Assembly (NCBI GenBank): GCA_963827235.1
Contig: CAWHAE010000011.1
Coordinates: 32,001-96,000, forward strand
Origin: an uncultured bacterium
GTDB taxonomy: Bacteria > Chloroflexota > UBA5177 > JANWHV01
DNA length: 64,000 nucleotides
Direction of reading: 5' to 3'
Part shown: positions 21,018-31,368 of the stretch, in pieces
How the letters are laid out: the number at the start of each line of letters is the position of its first letter
How positions within the stretch are numbered: position 1 is the first letter of the stretch
The notes under the pieces: generated by a model
Seen by the model: the letters and a program-made list of their open reading frames with translations, nothing else
The model's database searches: none
What the model was told of the DNA's origin: nothing
Made by a program: the position numbers and the translations under genes

Positions 21018-21297
21018 GCATACCATCCACGGATTGCTGTTGTTTGGTTTGCACTTGCTTGCGCCTGTCTGGCGGCAGCCTGAACGGCGCTTTGCCGAAG
21101 TTTAGCCCAAGTAGTGCGATTGCGGTGACATCACCGGGGCGCCCGAAGCGTCGAGGCTGTCGATGCAGCGCCGCAATACGCCGAAAACAAGCCGGCACCC
21201 GGCGCCAACCGTCGACGACGGCTGGCGCCCAGGCGCAATCGATTCACATCGACCAGAACAGAATTACGGACTACAGAATTGTGGTACCCTCGCGCCC

Positions 21298-22452
21298 GTG
21301 GACGGCCGACTCCAGCATCCAGAAATCGACAGCTCGACCTTCCGTGATGTCGTTGGACGCTTCGCCAGCGGAGTTACCGTCATTACGGCCAGCGACTGTG
21401 GTCAAGACTTCGGCATGACCGCGAGCGCGATGAGTTCCCTGTCGTTGGATCCTCCAATGATCCTCATCTGTGTCAATCGCCGCGCCGCGTCGCGACAGGC
21501 CATCAGCCACGCGCGGGTCTTCGGCGTGAACATCCTCCACGAGGACCAGGCGTCACTGGCGGTCCACTTCGCCACCCCGCAAGCCGATAAGTTCAAGGCC
21601 TTGCCTGTCTCGCGTGGTGCCCTGGGCTGCCCTCGACTGGCAGGCGTATTGGCCTGGCTTGAATGCGAGGTGGTCGAGGAGGTCGAGGGCGGCACACACA
21701 GCGTCTACTTCGGCAGAGTCAAAGAGGCCGCTGCCCGGGAGGGGCGTCCGCTTGCCTACTTCCGGGGAAAGTTCGGCCAGCTGTACTCCGGAAACACTGA
21801 TCCTGTCGCTGTCAGCCTCCGCGAACACTGCCTGGGAACGCTGAGTGACGATGAAGCCCTGAATCTGGAGAACCTCGCCCGTGGGCTGGGCGTGGGAGTG
21901 CCCGACATCCAGCGATCCCTCTCGTCGCTCATCGCAGACGGCGTCGTTTACTACGACGTCGAGCGCGGGTATCGCGTGCGCCACCTCACCGAGCAGCGCA
22001 TTGCCCGTTCCGTCGAAGCAGCATGTGCAATCGAAATGGGGGCGCTGGACGTGGCCTTCTGTGGGACGAACGGACGACCCAGTGCCACCGAGATCGATAA
22101 CGTCGCGATGGCAGTCGAGGAACTCGAGAGAAGGCTCATCCAGGGCAACGTGGACGACGCCACATCCTATGCGCGCGCCAATAGCCACCTGCACGAGGCA
22201 ATTGTCTCGCTGGCCCGATCGCCCGAGTTGCTGGATGCCTACCGCCGGCTCGCAGTCCCCGGGATGCTCGTTCGCGCCCTTGGCTCCGCGCCTGAGGGAT
22301 CACTTCGCGAGCGGCAGGCCGAACATCGGCGAATCCTCGAATGCCTTCTTGCAGGTGATCAGGCCGGAGCTCGACTGGCACTGTTTCAGCACGTCCATAA
22401 CTCCCAGGCATCCCGGGGTAACGCAGTGCCGGACCCGGCCGACGCGCCCTGA
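21298..22452 (+). CDS. Flavin reductase domain fused to GntR wHTH and FCD domain
   Basis: FRDVVGRFASGVTVIT, GMTASAMSSLSLDPP, GGTHSVYFG; then a wHTH-like segment and FCD residues (ANSHLHEAI, EHRRIL, QHVHNS) in one open frame. Confidence 0.85.
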   Translation: MDGRLQHPEIDSSTFRDVVGRFASGVTVITASDCGQDFGMTASAMSSLSLDPPMILICVNRRAASRQAISHARVFGVNILHEDQASLAVHFATPQADKFKALPVSRGALGCPRLAGVLAWLECEVVEEVEGGTHSVYFGRVKEAAAREGRPLAYFRGKFGQLYSGNTDPVAVSLREHCLGTLSDDEALNLENLARGLGVGVPDIQRSLSSLIADGVVYYDVERGYRVRHLTEQRIARSVEAACAIEMGALDVAFCGTNGRPSATEIDNVAMAVEELERRLIQGNVDDATSYARANSHLHEAIVSLARSPELLDAYRRLAVPGMLVRALGSAPEGSLRERQAEHRRILECLLAGDQAGARLALFQHVHNSQASRGNAVPDPADAP

Positions 22453-22569
22453 CGCGGTGACGGACGCCGGTCAGCCGGTGAGCCAGGCATGCGCCGCCCG
22501 GACAATCTCGTTGACGGTTCCACAGGGCGCAGCCGGCGGCGAAGGTGTCAGCCCCCCGATCCGCTCGAG

Positions 22570-23346
22570 CTAGTTGGTGACAAACGCTCGCTCGACTACA
22601 TAGTCACCGGGCTCGCCCACGCGCGGTGAGACGTGAAAGCCACGGGAATCGAGCAACGCGGAAAGGTCCTTGAGCATTGCGGGACTACCGCAGACCATGG
22701 CTTTGTCAATTCCGGGATCGAGTGTCGGCAGTCCAATGTCGGTGAACAGCTTGCCGGACTCGATGAGGTCGGTGATACGTCCCTGGTAGCGGAAGCGCTC
22801 GCGCGTGACGGTGGGGTAATAGATCAGCTGCTTTCTCACTAGCTCACCCAGGTATTCATGGTGGGTCAATTCCCAGTCGATGAAGTCGCGATACGCGAGT
22901 TCGCTACGATATCGCACGCCATGGATCAGCACGATCTTGTCGAAGCGTTTATAAAGCTCCGGATCCTTGATAAGGCTCATGAAGGGCGCAAGGCCAGTAC
23001 CGGAGCCCAACAGGTAAAGATGCTTGCCGGGCTTCAGGTCGTGCAGCAATAACGTACCGGTGGGCTTGCGGCTAACGAGCACCTCGTCGCCCGGCTTGAT
23101 GTGCTGAAGCAGCGAAGTAAGCGGGCCGTCGGCGACCTTGATACTGAGAAACTCGAGGAACTCCTCGTGATTGGCACTAGCGATGCTGTAGGCGCGCATC
23201 AACGGCTTGCCATTGACCACCAGCCCCAGCATGACGAAATGGCCGTTCTCGAAGCGCAGGCCTTGATCGCGCGTCGTGGTGAAGCTGAATACCGTCGGGC
23301 TCCAGTGATGCACCGTCAGAACTCGCTCTGTGCCAATCGTCGCCAT
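22570..23346 (-). CDS. fpr: Ferredoxin-NADP(+) reductase
   Basis: RAYSIAS, GPLTSLLQ, GTGLAPF, MVCGSPAML, VERAFV. Confidence 0.95.
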   Translation of the reverse strand: MATIGTERVLTVHHWSPTVFSFTTTRDQGLRFENGHFVMLGLVVNGKPLMRAYSIASANHEEFLEFLSIKVADGPLTSLLQHIKPGDEVLVSRKPTGTLLLHDLKPGKHLYLLGSGTGLAPFMSLIKDPELYKRFDKIVLIHGVRYRSELAYRDFIDWELTHHEYLGELVRKQLIYYPTVTRERFRYQGRITDLIESGKLFTDIGLPTLDPGIDKAMVCGSPAMLKDLSALLDSRGFHVSPRVGEPGDYVVERAFVTN

Positions 23347-23391
23347 GCTGTTTGATCTTCCGGTAAGTACGACCCATCGTCTGCATATCGA

Positions 23392-25344
23392 TCAGCGTGC
23401 CGGCTGGCGGCGCGCCATCGGCGACGCGGCATCCGTCATGAAAGCACCGAAGAAACGCTGCAGTTCCTCGTAGTCGTCGAGGGGCAGTACGTGTGCAACG
23501 TACTGATCCGGCCGGACGATGACGAGCGCACCGCTTGCCCGGTCGATCCCACGCAGGTCAAAGATGTCCGGACCCTGCTTGTGTCCGGGCAGTAGGCTTT
23601 CTCGTAGTCAATGAGCCCGTACCGTCCTTTGCGCGGCAACAACAGGCCCGGCAACTCGCTGACCGACAGAAGGCGATGGGCCTGCTGGAAGACGGCAATC
23701 AACTCGATCGCATCATCGATGTCTGCGCCCGCCGCCGTGTGTCGTTTCAGCGGCGAGGACGGCGAGGTCTCCAGAAACGCACACAGCTCCCGTAGCCGAG
23801 AGACGGGGTCGGAAGGTGCCGCGGGATCTGCAAAGGCAAACATCCGCCAGCGCCCATCTGCACGCACGACGTGTCCGAGTTGCACCGGCTTTGCATCCGC
23901 CAGGCGAATGACCGGCGCAGAATGAAAGCGCATGCCGATCACGAAGCCGGTTGCCAGGTCCTGGAAGGTCGACGCGCCTGTCAGGAGCGACGGCTTATAA
24001 CAGGTGGCAACGCCGGCTGTGTACCGGCCGTGTCGGAGGAAATATTCCTGAAATTCAGCGGGGTCGACCGCATCCTCCGTGGCGCCAGGCGCTCCTTTCG
24101 GTCGCGCGCTGAACATGCGAGCCCACTTGTGGTCGAAATCGAAGAGATCCTTGGCAATGGCCTTGCGCTCCTCGGAGTAGGTAGCCAGCAGGTGCGGCTC
24201 GGCGCGCCCTGTCAGCACGGCAGCGAGCTTCCACCCCAGATTGAAGGTGTCCTGCATGGAAACATTCATGCCCTGCCCTGCCTTTGGGCTGTGGGTGTGG
24301 CAGGCATCGCCGGCGATGAACACCCTGGGAAGCCGGCCCTGGTCGGCCTCGGAGAGGCAGTCGTCGAAGCCATCGCACAAGCGATGGCCAATCTCATAGA
24401 CGGACCACCAGGCAACTTCCTTCACTTCGAACGAGTAGGGGCGCAGGATCCTGGTCGCCGCCGCAATGAGGTGTTCAGGCGTCACGTCGAGGTTCGCGAC
24501 CCGCTGGTTCTCTGCCAGCTTGTCGAGCTCGACATACATGCGCACGAGGTACCCCCCCTCGCGTGGAATGATCAGCATGCTGCCATCGGTCGCGGAGTGG
24601 ATTGCCGCCTTGCGACGAATGTCGGGGAAATCCGTGACGGCCAGGACATCCATGACGCCCCAGGCTTGGTTGGCGGCATCGCCTTTCATGGTGCGACCAA
24701 TGAAGCCACGGACGGCGCTGCGCGCGCCGTCGCAGCCGACCACGTATCGGGCGCGCACGATCTCGGGAGCTCCGGCCAACCCGCCGTCCACGCGCTCGAT
24801 GCGCGCTGTCAGCGGAAAGGCCGACGGATTGCTCAGCGACGCGGAATTTATCTTCAGGGAGACCAGCCGGCGGGCATAGGCGGGCTCCAGAGGCACTGCG
24901 GCATGGCGCATCACATCCAGATAGAACTCGTGTATCCGCGCCTGGTTCGAGGATCACATGCGGAAATTCCGAGAGGCCGTCCTCCACGTCCTGAACGACG
25001 CGAGCCCGATCGATCCGGCCAGGCTCATTCTGATTGGGCGTCCAAAACGAGGTTTCGTTGACCCAATAGGCCTCGCGCAGGACGCGCTCGGCAAAGCCGA
25101 AAGCCTGGAACATTTCCATCGTGCGACAGGCCACTCCATCGGCCTGTCCCAGCTGCAGCGGCCCGGCTTTCTGCTCGATGATTCGCGTCCGGATTGACGG
25201 GAACGCGGCCAGCTGCGCTGCCAGGGTGAGCCCCGTGGGACCGCACCCCACGATCAAAACGTCGACCTCCTCGGGCAAGGCATCCTTGACGGCATCACTG
25301 TGCCCGGGATCGCCCGACCGAAATCCGTTGAGATAGAACTGCAT
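23392..25344 (-). CDS. 3-hydroxybenzoate 4-monooxygenase / phenol 2-monooxygenase family flavoprotein, two frameshifts
   Basis: MQFYLNGFRSGDP N-terminus as in Comamonas MobA, VGCGPTGL, GQADGVACRTMEMF, GCDGARS, AGDACHTHSPKAGQGMN, C-terminal VRPDQYVA. Confidence 0.9.
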
Positions 25345-25439
25345 GCCAGCCTCCCGCGCTGGCGCCAGTGTCAGCGGCGGCTTCTATATAGGAAAGACCT
25401 TTTCCGTTATAGTCTTCATCTCTTTTTGAGATACTTGAA

Positions 25440-26423
25440 ATGGCCGCGCTCGATATCAAATGGCTCCGCGTTTTCGTCGAGATCCACAGGACGCGCAGTG
25501 TTTCACTGGCCGCGCAAAGGCTCGGCATGGCACAAGCCCGCGCCAGCGGAATCCTGGCCAAGCTGCGGCGTCACTTCGGCGATCCGTTGTTTGCGCGGAC
25601 CTCCCAAGGCATGGAACCCACGCCGTACGCAGACAAGATTTTCCCGGATGCACTCCAGTGCTGCGATCGCCTAGCGGTCCCGGACAGGTATCGAAGCGTG
25701 TTCGATCACTCGAGCACGCAGCGCCATTTCCGCATCTGCATGACGGACATCAGCGAGGTGGTCGTGCTGCCCTCGCTAGTGAATGAGCTCGGCCGTATTG
25801 CGCCTGGAATCACAGTCGAGATAGAACGCATCTCGGTGGAGAGTCCACGCCGCTTGGAGTCGGGGGATCTCGATCTGGCCGTCGGTTATATGCCGGACCT
25901 AGAAGCCGGCTTCTACCAGCAAACACTCTTCCGCCAGGGATTCGTCTGCCTTGCCGCCAAGCGGCACCCCCGGATTCAGGAGCGGATGACCCGCGAGCTC
26001 TTTGCGCGGGAGGGACACGTGGTAGTGATCAGCTCGGGTACAGGCCAGGTCATCGTGGAATCCGAATATGCGCGGAGGAAGGTCCGCCGCAACATCCTTC
26101 TGCGAGTCCCGAGCTTCCTGGGGCTGGGGAGCATCGTCGCCACGACCGAGCTTCTCACCACGGTTCCGCAAAGACTGGCAGATGTCGTCGCTTCAAATGC
26201 AGCAGTCACGATCCATCCCACGCCTATCCCCCTGCCCTCGTACGAGGTGAAGCTCCACTGGCACTCTCGATACCATGCTGATCCCGGCAACGCCTGGGTC
26301 AGGAATCTGATCGCCCGACTGCTAAGCATGGGAGCTGCGGCGACCCTTTCGGAACGCATGGGCCGTCGATCTCGCAATCGAATTGACCAGGACGAACTGC
26401 GAGGATCGTCCCGGTCACGCTAG
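25440..26423 (+). CDS. LysR family regulator, divergent from the hydroxylase
   Basis: N-terminal HTH followed by LRRHFGDPLFARTSQGMEPTP; C-terminal WHSRYHADPGNAWVR. Confidence 0.92.
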   Translation: MAALDIKWLRVFVEIHRTRSVSLAAQRLGMAQARASGILAKLRRHFGDPLFARTSQGMEPTPYADKIFPDALQCCDRLAVPDRYRSVFDHSSTQRHFRICMTDISEVVVLPSLVNELGRIAPGITVEIERISVESPRRLESGDLDLAVGYMPDLEAGFYQQTLFRQGFVCLAAKRHPRIQERMTRELFAREGHVVVISSGTGQVIVESEYARRKVRRNILLRVPSFLGLGSIVATTELLTTVPQRLADVVASNAAVTIHPTPIPLPSYEVKLHWHSRYHADPGNAWVRNLIARLLSMGAAATLSERMGRRSRNRIDQDELRGSSRSR

Positions 26424-27001
26424 TCGAAGAAGGGGTTGCCGTCCCGGGCGGCGGTGGCCGGCAGCCCAGGGCGCTTTACGGCTTCATCCGGAAGTTGGTG
26501 GTCGCACACCCTACCCTCCTCGAACCTAGACCCCCTCTCTTTCGCCTCCGTATAGGCAACTCCTCACAGGAACGCTCTCAATCGACGGACTTCCTCGGCA
26601 GCTCGCAGCAAGTCACAGGCCACGCCAGCACTTCCAATCGGCAAGATTTCCCGCTCTCTGCACTCCGCCCGGTGGGGCTTCACCTTGCCCAAATCATACA
26701 TTGCGGTCAGGCTCAGGGAGGCGCTCTCCCAGAGCAGCGGCATCGGGCGCCTCATCGACGAGGCTGAACCTCACGGGCACTGCGTCGTCGACGATGTCGT
26801 TGCACGCGGCGTCGCCGCATGCGACCGACACACACGAGAATTCGACTGCCCCATCGATTGGACGCCTGTTACTCGCCGAACGTCGTCGGAATTGCTTGCC
26901 TGTCCTCAGCTCTGCCCGCGGACAGCTTGATACGACCGTCCCACTGCCCGCGATCGAGACCGGCATCGGACCGCCGCTCAATGCCGGGCAGTGCGCGACG
27001 C

Positions 27002-27607
27002 TTACTTTACTTTCGGTGGCGGAGCAGCCTGCGCACTCGGCTCCTTCGCCAGCTCTGAAAGCGGCTTGCGCAGGTAGTCCGGAAGCTTGGTGGGAATTAC
27101 CGCCGGGTCCCAATGCTCGGCCAACTTACCGTTCTTCACACGCCATGCATCAAACCAGAACGCTTCGTAATACTTCCCCTTGTGCTGCGGGTCGGGAAGA
27201 TAGCGCTGCTCGAGTACAACGATCATGTCGCACTCGGCCAGGACCATGTAAAGAGGATTGCCCTTCGGAGCGTCTGCCGGAGGGGGCGCGAACGGACCAT
27301 CACCACTCATCATCATTGGCATCAGCGCCTTGAATTCCTCAAGCCCATGGAGATGGTTGATCTCGCCGAAGCGTTTGAACTCAGGATTATGCTGTATATA
27401 GTCCTTGTCCATTATTTCCGGCCCCTTCGCGATGTCCTTCGGATTCGCCGGCATCTGAAACATGGTGGCTGCAAGCTTCTTGTTCGCCTCGATCGTGGCC
27501 GGGTCTGGGCACGCCGAATCACCCTTGCCAGCGCCCGTGGCCGCTTGCACGGCCACCGCCGGCAGCATATTCGCCACGACAATTGCTCCGAAAATCATGT
27601 AACGCAT
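27002..27607 (-). CDS. Secreted SnoaL/NTF2-like protein
   Basis: Signal peptide, EANKKL, DYIQHNP, WFDAWRVKNGKLAEHWD. Confidence 0.8.
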   Translation of the reverse strand: MRYMIFGAIVVANMLPAVAVQAATGAGKGDSACPDPATIEANKKLAATMFQMPANPKDIAKGPEIMDKDYIQHNPEFKRFGEINHLHGLEEFKALMPMMMSGDGPFAPPPADAPKGNPLYMVLAECDMIVVLEQRYLPDPQHKGKYYEAFWFDAWRVKNGKLAEHWDPAVIPTKLPDYLRKPLSELAKEPSAQAAPPPKVK

Positions 27608-27993
27608 GTCAGTCTATCCTCGACGTGGAAGTTGGTTGTGGTCCCCGCGCACTCACGGACCGGTCTTGCACATAAGCGTCTTCTCAACACCCATCAGGGC
27701 TTGCGCTCCCAATCACCCCAATACGCTGCATTGCCTCATCCTCGGCTCTTACGAACCAATTTGTGAGTACTCCGACACTCAGTAGTTGCGTTGTTGGGGG
27801 CGGAACCCCGTGATCAAATGTCGAAACACGGAGTTTCATCGACCTGAGGCCTGGGCGGCTCCAAACAGCGGCCTCGCCGACCGCTCCGCCAAGATACAAC
27901 CGTCATGAGAGCGATTCGCAAATGGGAAGCGTCCGGTGCCTGCCTCTATGCAGTGCACCGGCCTCTTCCGGACCGGAATCCAGGTGCGAGAAC

Positions 27994-29229
27994 TCACCCA
28001 GTCGTGACAGCTGCGACGCCGCCGACCTTGCGAGGCGCCGTCTCCTTGAGGAACAGGAACACGAGCACGCCCAGCGCCAGGCCAGCCATCGCCATCGTGA
28101 GCACGTGCTGGATGCCGTAGTGCTGCGCAATGCCGCCCGCAATCATCGGTGCGATGCCGCCGCCCAGCACCTCGCCCGAGCCGACGATGATGCCGGTGGT
28201 CGAGGAAACCAGGCCGCGGGGCGCCGCCTCGGAGGCGATCGGACCCGTGATCAGGCCCAGCATGCCGAAGCTGCAGAAGCAGGCCACGAAGAGCAGCGCG
28301 AACAGCGTTCCCGGCGAGGAGCCTGCGTTCGCAAACAGGTAGACGAAGATCGCGCCACCTAGAAAGCCCAGCATGCCGACTGGCTTGCGGCCGATCGCAT
28401 CCGACAGGCCCGGCAGGAACACCTGGCCGAGGAAGCCGCCAAATCCAATTGCCGACGTCACAAAGCCCATCTGCGTGCCCGGCAGCTTGACGTAGTCGGT
28501 CAGGTACTGCGGTACCAGCGCACTCAGCGTGAAGATGCCGCACATCGCGCAGAAAAGGCCGACCATGGCGACCGGCACGTTGCGCACCTTGAACATGGAG
28601 CCCAGCGGCGCGCGCTCGTGTGCGGCAACCGTGGCGTGCACGCCGAGCTCGTGCGGCTCCTTGATGACCTTGGCCAGCAGCAGGGCGAGGATCAGGCCAG
28701 GCACGGCGACCAGCACGAAGATCCAGCGCCAGCTCGTGACCTGCAGCAACTGCGTGGCGACGATCGGGCCCAGGGCCAGGCCGAAGAGCGGGAAGGTGCT
28801 CTGCTGCAGGCCCAGGTTGAAGCCGCGCCGCGAGGGCTTGGAGGCGTCATTGGTGGTGGCGAAACTGGTCGGGCAGAATGAGCCCTCGGTCACGCCCATG
28901 ATGCAGCGGACCAGCATCAGGCTCATGAAGCCGCTGGCCAGGCCACTCACTCCGGAGAGCAGGGAAAAGCCGATGATCGACGGGATAAGCACCTTCTTGC
29001 GGCCCAAGCGGTCGGAGAGGCCGCCTGCGAGCACCGCGAAGACGCCCCAGCTGATGCCCAGCAGGCCGATGATGTTGCCCGCCTGCTGATAGTTCAGGCC
29101 GAGGTCCCTGGCAATCGTGGGCATCATCGGCGCGATGATCCAGCGGTCCAGGCCTACGAGGCCGAAACCCAGCGCCAGCAGGGTAACGGCCTTCCACTCG
29201 TAGGACGTATTCCACGGCTTTTCCGACAT
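27994..29229 (-). CDS. MFS transporter
   Basis: About 12 hydrophobic segments; GLSDRLGRK and GLSDAIGRK motif A copies. Confidence 0.93.
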   Translation of the reverse strand: MSEKPWNTSYEWKAVTLLALGFGLVGLDRWIIAPMMPTIARDLGLNYQQAGNIIGLLGISWGVFAVLAGGLSDRLGRKKVLIPSIIGFSLLSGVSGLASGFMSLMLVRCIMGVTEGSFCPTSFATTNDASKPSRRGFNLGLQQSTFPLFGLALGPIVATQLLQVTSWRWIFVLVAVPGLILALLLAKVIKEPHELGVHATVAAHERAPLGSMFKVRNVPVAMVGLFCAMCGIFTLSALVPQYLTDYVKLPGTQMGFVTSAIGFGGFLGQVFLPGLSDAIGRKPVGMLGFLGGAIFVYLFANAGSSPGTLFALLFVACFCSFGMLGLITGPIASEAAPRGLVSSTTGIIVGSGEVLGGGIAPMIAGGIAQHYGIQHVLTMAMAGLALGVLVFLFLKETAPRKVGGVAAVTTG

Positions 29230-29397
29230 GTCTTGCTCTCCCCTTTGCATTCGCTATTCAGGGTTGCTGCCCCGGCGGCGGGCTCCGATGATCGCGCCAG
29301 CCTTGAGCCTCGGCGCTTTCCCCAAGTTCATTCTGGTCCCAGGAGAAAATACTAACATGGCTTCATAAGCCTGAAGTGGCCCAGGGCCGCCACGTGA

Positions 29398-29660
29398 TTG
29401 TTAACAACTGATGCGACAGTAATTATTCACTCCAGTAACGACGCACCCGCGGCCCGACCCGCGACCCAAGTCCCGCAATGCACTTGTTAAGAACTGGTGC
29501 GACAGTAATGATATACGCTCGGTCACAGCCCTCCCCGCGGCCCGCCCGGCGACCGCAGGGCCCGCGATGCACTTGTTAAGAACTGATGCAGCAGTAATGC
29601 AGCCCTCTGGTCACAGCCCCGCCAGCGGCCCGCCCGGAGGCCCCCGCAGGGCCCGTGCGG
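29398..29660. repeat. Three imperfect tandem copies of an 86-89 bp unit
   Basis: Core TTGTTAA(C/G)AACTG(A/G)TGCnnCAGTAAT at 29398, 29484 and 29573, each followed by related GC-rich sequence. Confidence 0.85.
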
Positions 29661-30421
29661 GCCGCGCGTGGCTGGCAGCAGCAGCTGTACTGCTGCTAGC
29701 CCCGGCGCTGTGGTGGCGGCACGAGGCGGCGCTGGGCGACGCTCTGGTGCAGGCCTACCCCGACGCCATCCCTGGCGACCCGGCGCTTGAAGGCTGGGCG
29801 CTGGCCCGGGGCCAAAGCGCGTACGCACGGCACTGCAGCAGCTGCCACGGGGCCGCGGGCGAAGGCGACCGGCGGCGCGGCGTTCCCGACCTGCGCGATG
29901 GCGACTGGCTCTACGGCTCGGGCCGCGTGCTCGAGATCGAGCGCGTGGTGCTCTATGGCATCCGCGCGGCGAATTCAAAGGGCTGGCGGCTATCGGTCAT
30001 GCCCGGCTACGCGCGACCCGAACCGGACAAGCAGTACCGGCTTGAGCCGCTGCGGCCGAGCGAGATCGACGACGTCACAGAGTACCTGATGAAGCTGCAG
30101 GGCCAGCCCTACGACGAGCTGATCGCCGCTCGTGGCGCGCTCGTTTACCGCAACCAGACGCGTGGTCTGTGCTGGGATTGCCACGGCGAGAACGCCCATG
30201 GCAACCCGGCGATCGGCGCGCCGCGGCTCACCGACCGCATCTGGTTGTATGGCGACGGCTCGCGCGCAGCGATCCGCCGCTCGATTTCCGAGGGCCGGGC
30301 CGGCACCTGCCCGCCATGGGTCGGCAAGCTCGATGCCGCGACGATCCGCGCGCTCGCAGTCTGGGTCCACCACCTGTCGGCGCTCGCGCCGGCTACCACG
30401 CATACGAGCGCTTCACCATGA
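29597..30421 (+). CDS. Diheme cytochrome c, CcoP (cbb3 subunit III)-like
   Basis: One TM/signal segment, CSSCH and CWDCH, PDLRDGDWLYG and GAPRLTDRIWLYG repeats. Confidence 0.85.
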   Translation: MQPSGHSPASGPPGGPRRARAGRAWLAAAAVLLLAPALWWRHEAALGDALVQAYPDAIPGDPALEGWALARGQSAYARHCSSCHGAAGEGDRRRGVPDLRDGDWLYGSGRVLEIERVVLYGIRAANSKGWRLSVMPGYARPEPDKQYRLEPLRPSEIDDVTEYLMKLQGQPYDELIAARGALVYRNQTRGLCWDCHGENAHGNPAIGAPRLTDRIWLYGDGSRAAIRRSISEGRAGTCPPWVGKLDAATIRALAVWVHHLSALAPATTHTSASP

Positions 30422-31368
30422 ACGGACCAGTATTCGGCAAGCCTGACGAAGTGAACTTCCCGCGCGCCATGGTCCTTTACGCGCTCGGCGCGCTCGTTGG
30501 CCTCGGCATTGCCGGCTACGGCCTGTTCACGGCACAGGGCACGACTACGCGCGGCGTGCCGCCGGAAGACGTGGCGCAGGTGAACCAGCGCCCGGTGCTA
30601 CGCAGCGACTTCCTCACCCAACTCGAGAGCGAGACGGGCGTGAACTTCGAGCAGGCCACGCGCACCGAGCAGCTGCGCGTGCTTGCCGACATGGTCGATG
30701 AGGAGTTGCTCGTGCAACGCGGCCTCGAGCTCGACTTCGCCGAAACCGACCAGGACACGCGCAACGCGCTGGTGGCAATCGTCAAACAGCAGATGATCGC
30801 CGACGTCACCACCAGCGCGGCCACCGAACAGCAGCTGCGCGACTGGTACGACAGCCACCGCGCCAATTACTCCACCGAGGGCACCATCACCGCCTGCGAC
30901 CTGCTGTTGCGCGCGCCCAAGGAGGCCGCGGGCGCGGCAGGTGCGGTGGGCGCGGCGCCCGCCGCCGCCGCGCTGGCCACGGCGCATGCGGCCGCTGCGG
31001 CGCTGCGCGCCGGCCAGCCGCTCGCAGCGGTGCTGGCCCGCAACGGGATGGAGAACGCGAACAAGTGCGAGGACAACTTCTGGTTTGCCGCGAAGATCCA
31101 CCTCGGCGATGTGTTGTTTGCGCAGGTAGAGGGGCTCACCGCCGGCGAAGTCACGGCGCCAGTGGCGCTGCGCGACGGCGTGCACGTCGTCTTGGTGCAA
31201 AAGAACGCGCCACCGGTGCCAATGACCTTCGAAGTGGCGCACGATAGGATTGAGGGCGACTACAAGGCCGACCGCGAGGCGCGCATCACCGCGGCGACCA
31301 TGCGCTTCCTACACCAGCGCTCGCGCATCGTAGTGGCCAACGACTACAAGCACGACTACCAGCCCTGA
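30418..31368 (+). CDS. SurA/parvulin-like (PpiC) membrane-anchored chaperone
   Basis: TM anchor, VAQVNQRPV, DEELLVQRGLEL, EQQLRDWYDSH, PVALRDGVHVVLV; ATGA overlap with the upstream gene. Confidence 0.75.
   Translation: MNGPVFGKPDEVNFPRAMVLYALGALVGLGIAGYGLFTAQGTTTRGVPPEDVAQVNQRPVLRSDFLTQLESETGVNFEQATRTEQLRVLADMVDEELLVQRGLELDFAETDQDTRNALVAIVKQQMIADVTTSAATEQQLRDWYDSHRANYSTEGTITACDLLLRAPKEAAGAAGAVGAAPAAAALATAHAAAAALRAGQPLAAVLARNGMENANKCEDNFWFAAKIHLGDVLFAQVEGLTAGEVTAPVALRDGVHVVLVQKNAPPVPMTFEVAHDRIEGDYKADREARITAATMRFLHQRSRIVVANDYKHDYQP

Noticed and set aside
26430-27000. Short ORFs between LysR and the SnoaL-like gene
   Set aside because: No recognisable motifs or RBS; probably degenerate intergenic DNA.
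29398-29660. CRISPR-like array
   Set aside because: The intervening sequences are homologous to each other, the repeats are imperfect, and there are no cas genes; this is a tandem triplication.
29597-30421. cbb3 oxidase operon
   Set aside because: No ccoN, ccoO or ccoQ adjacent.
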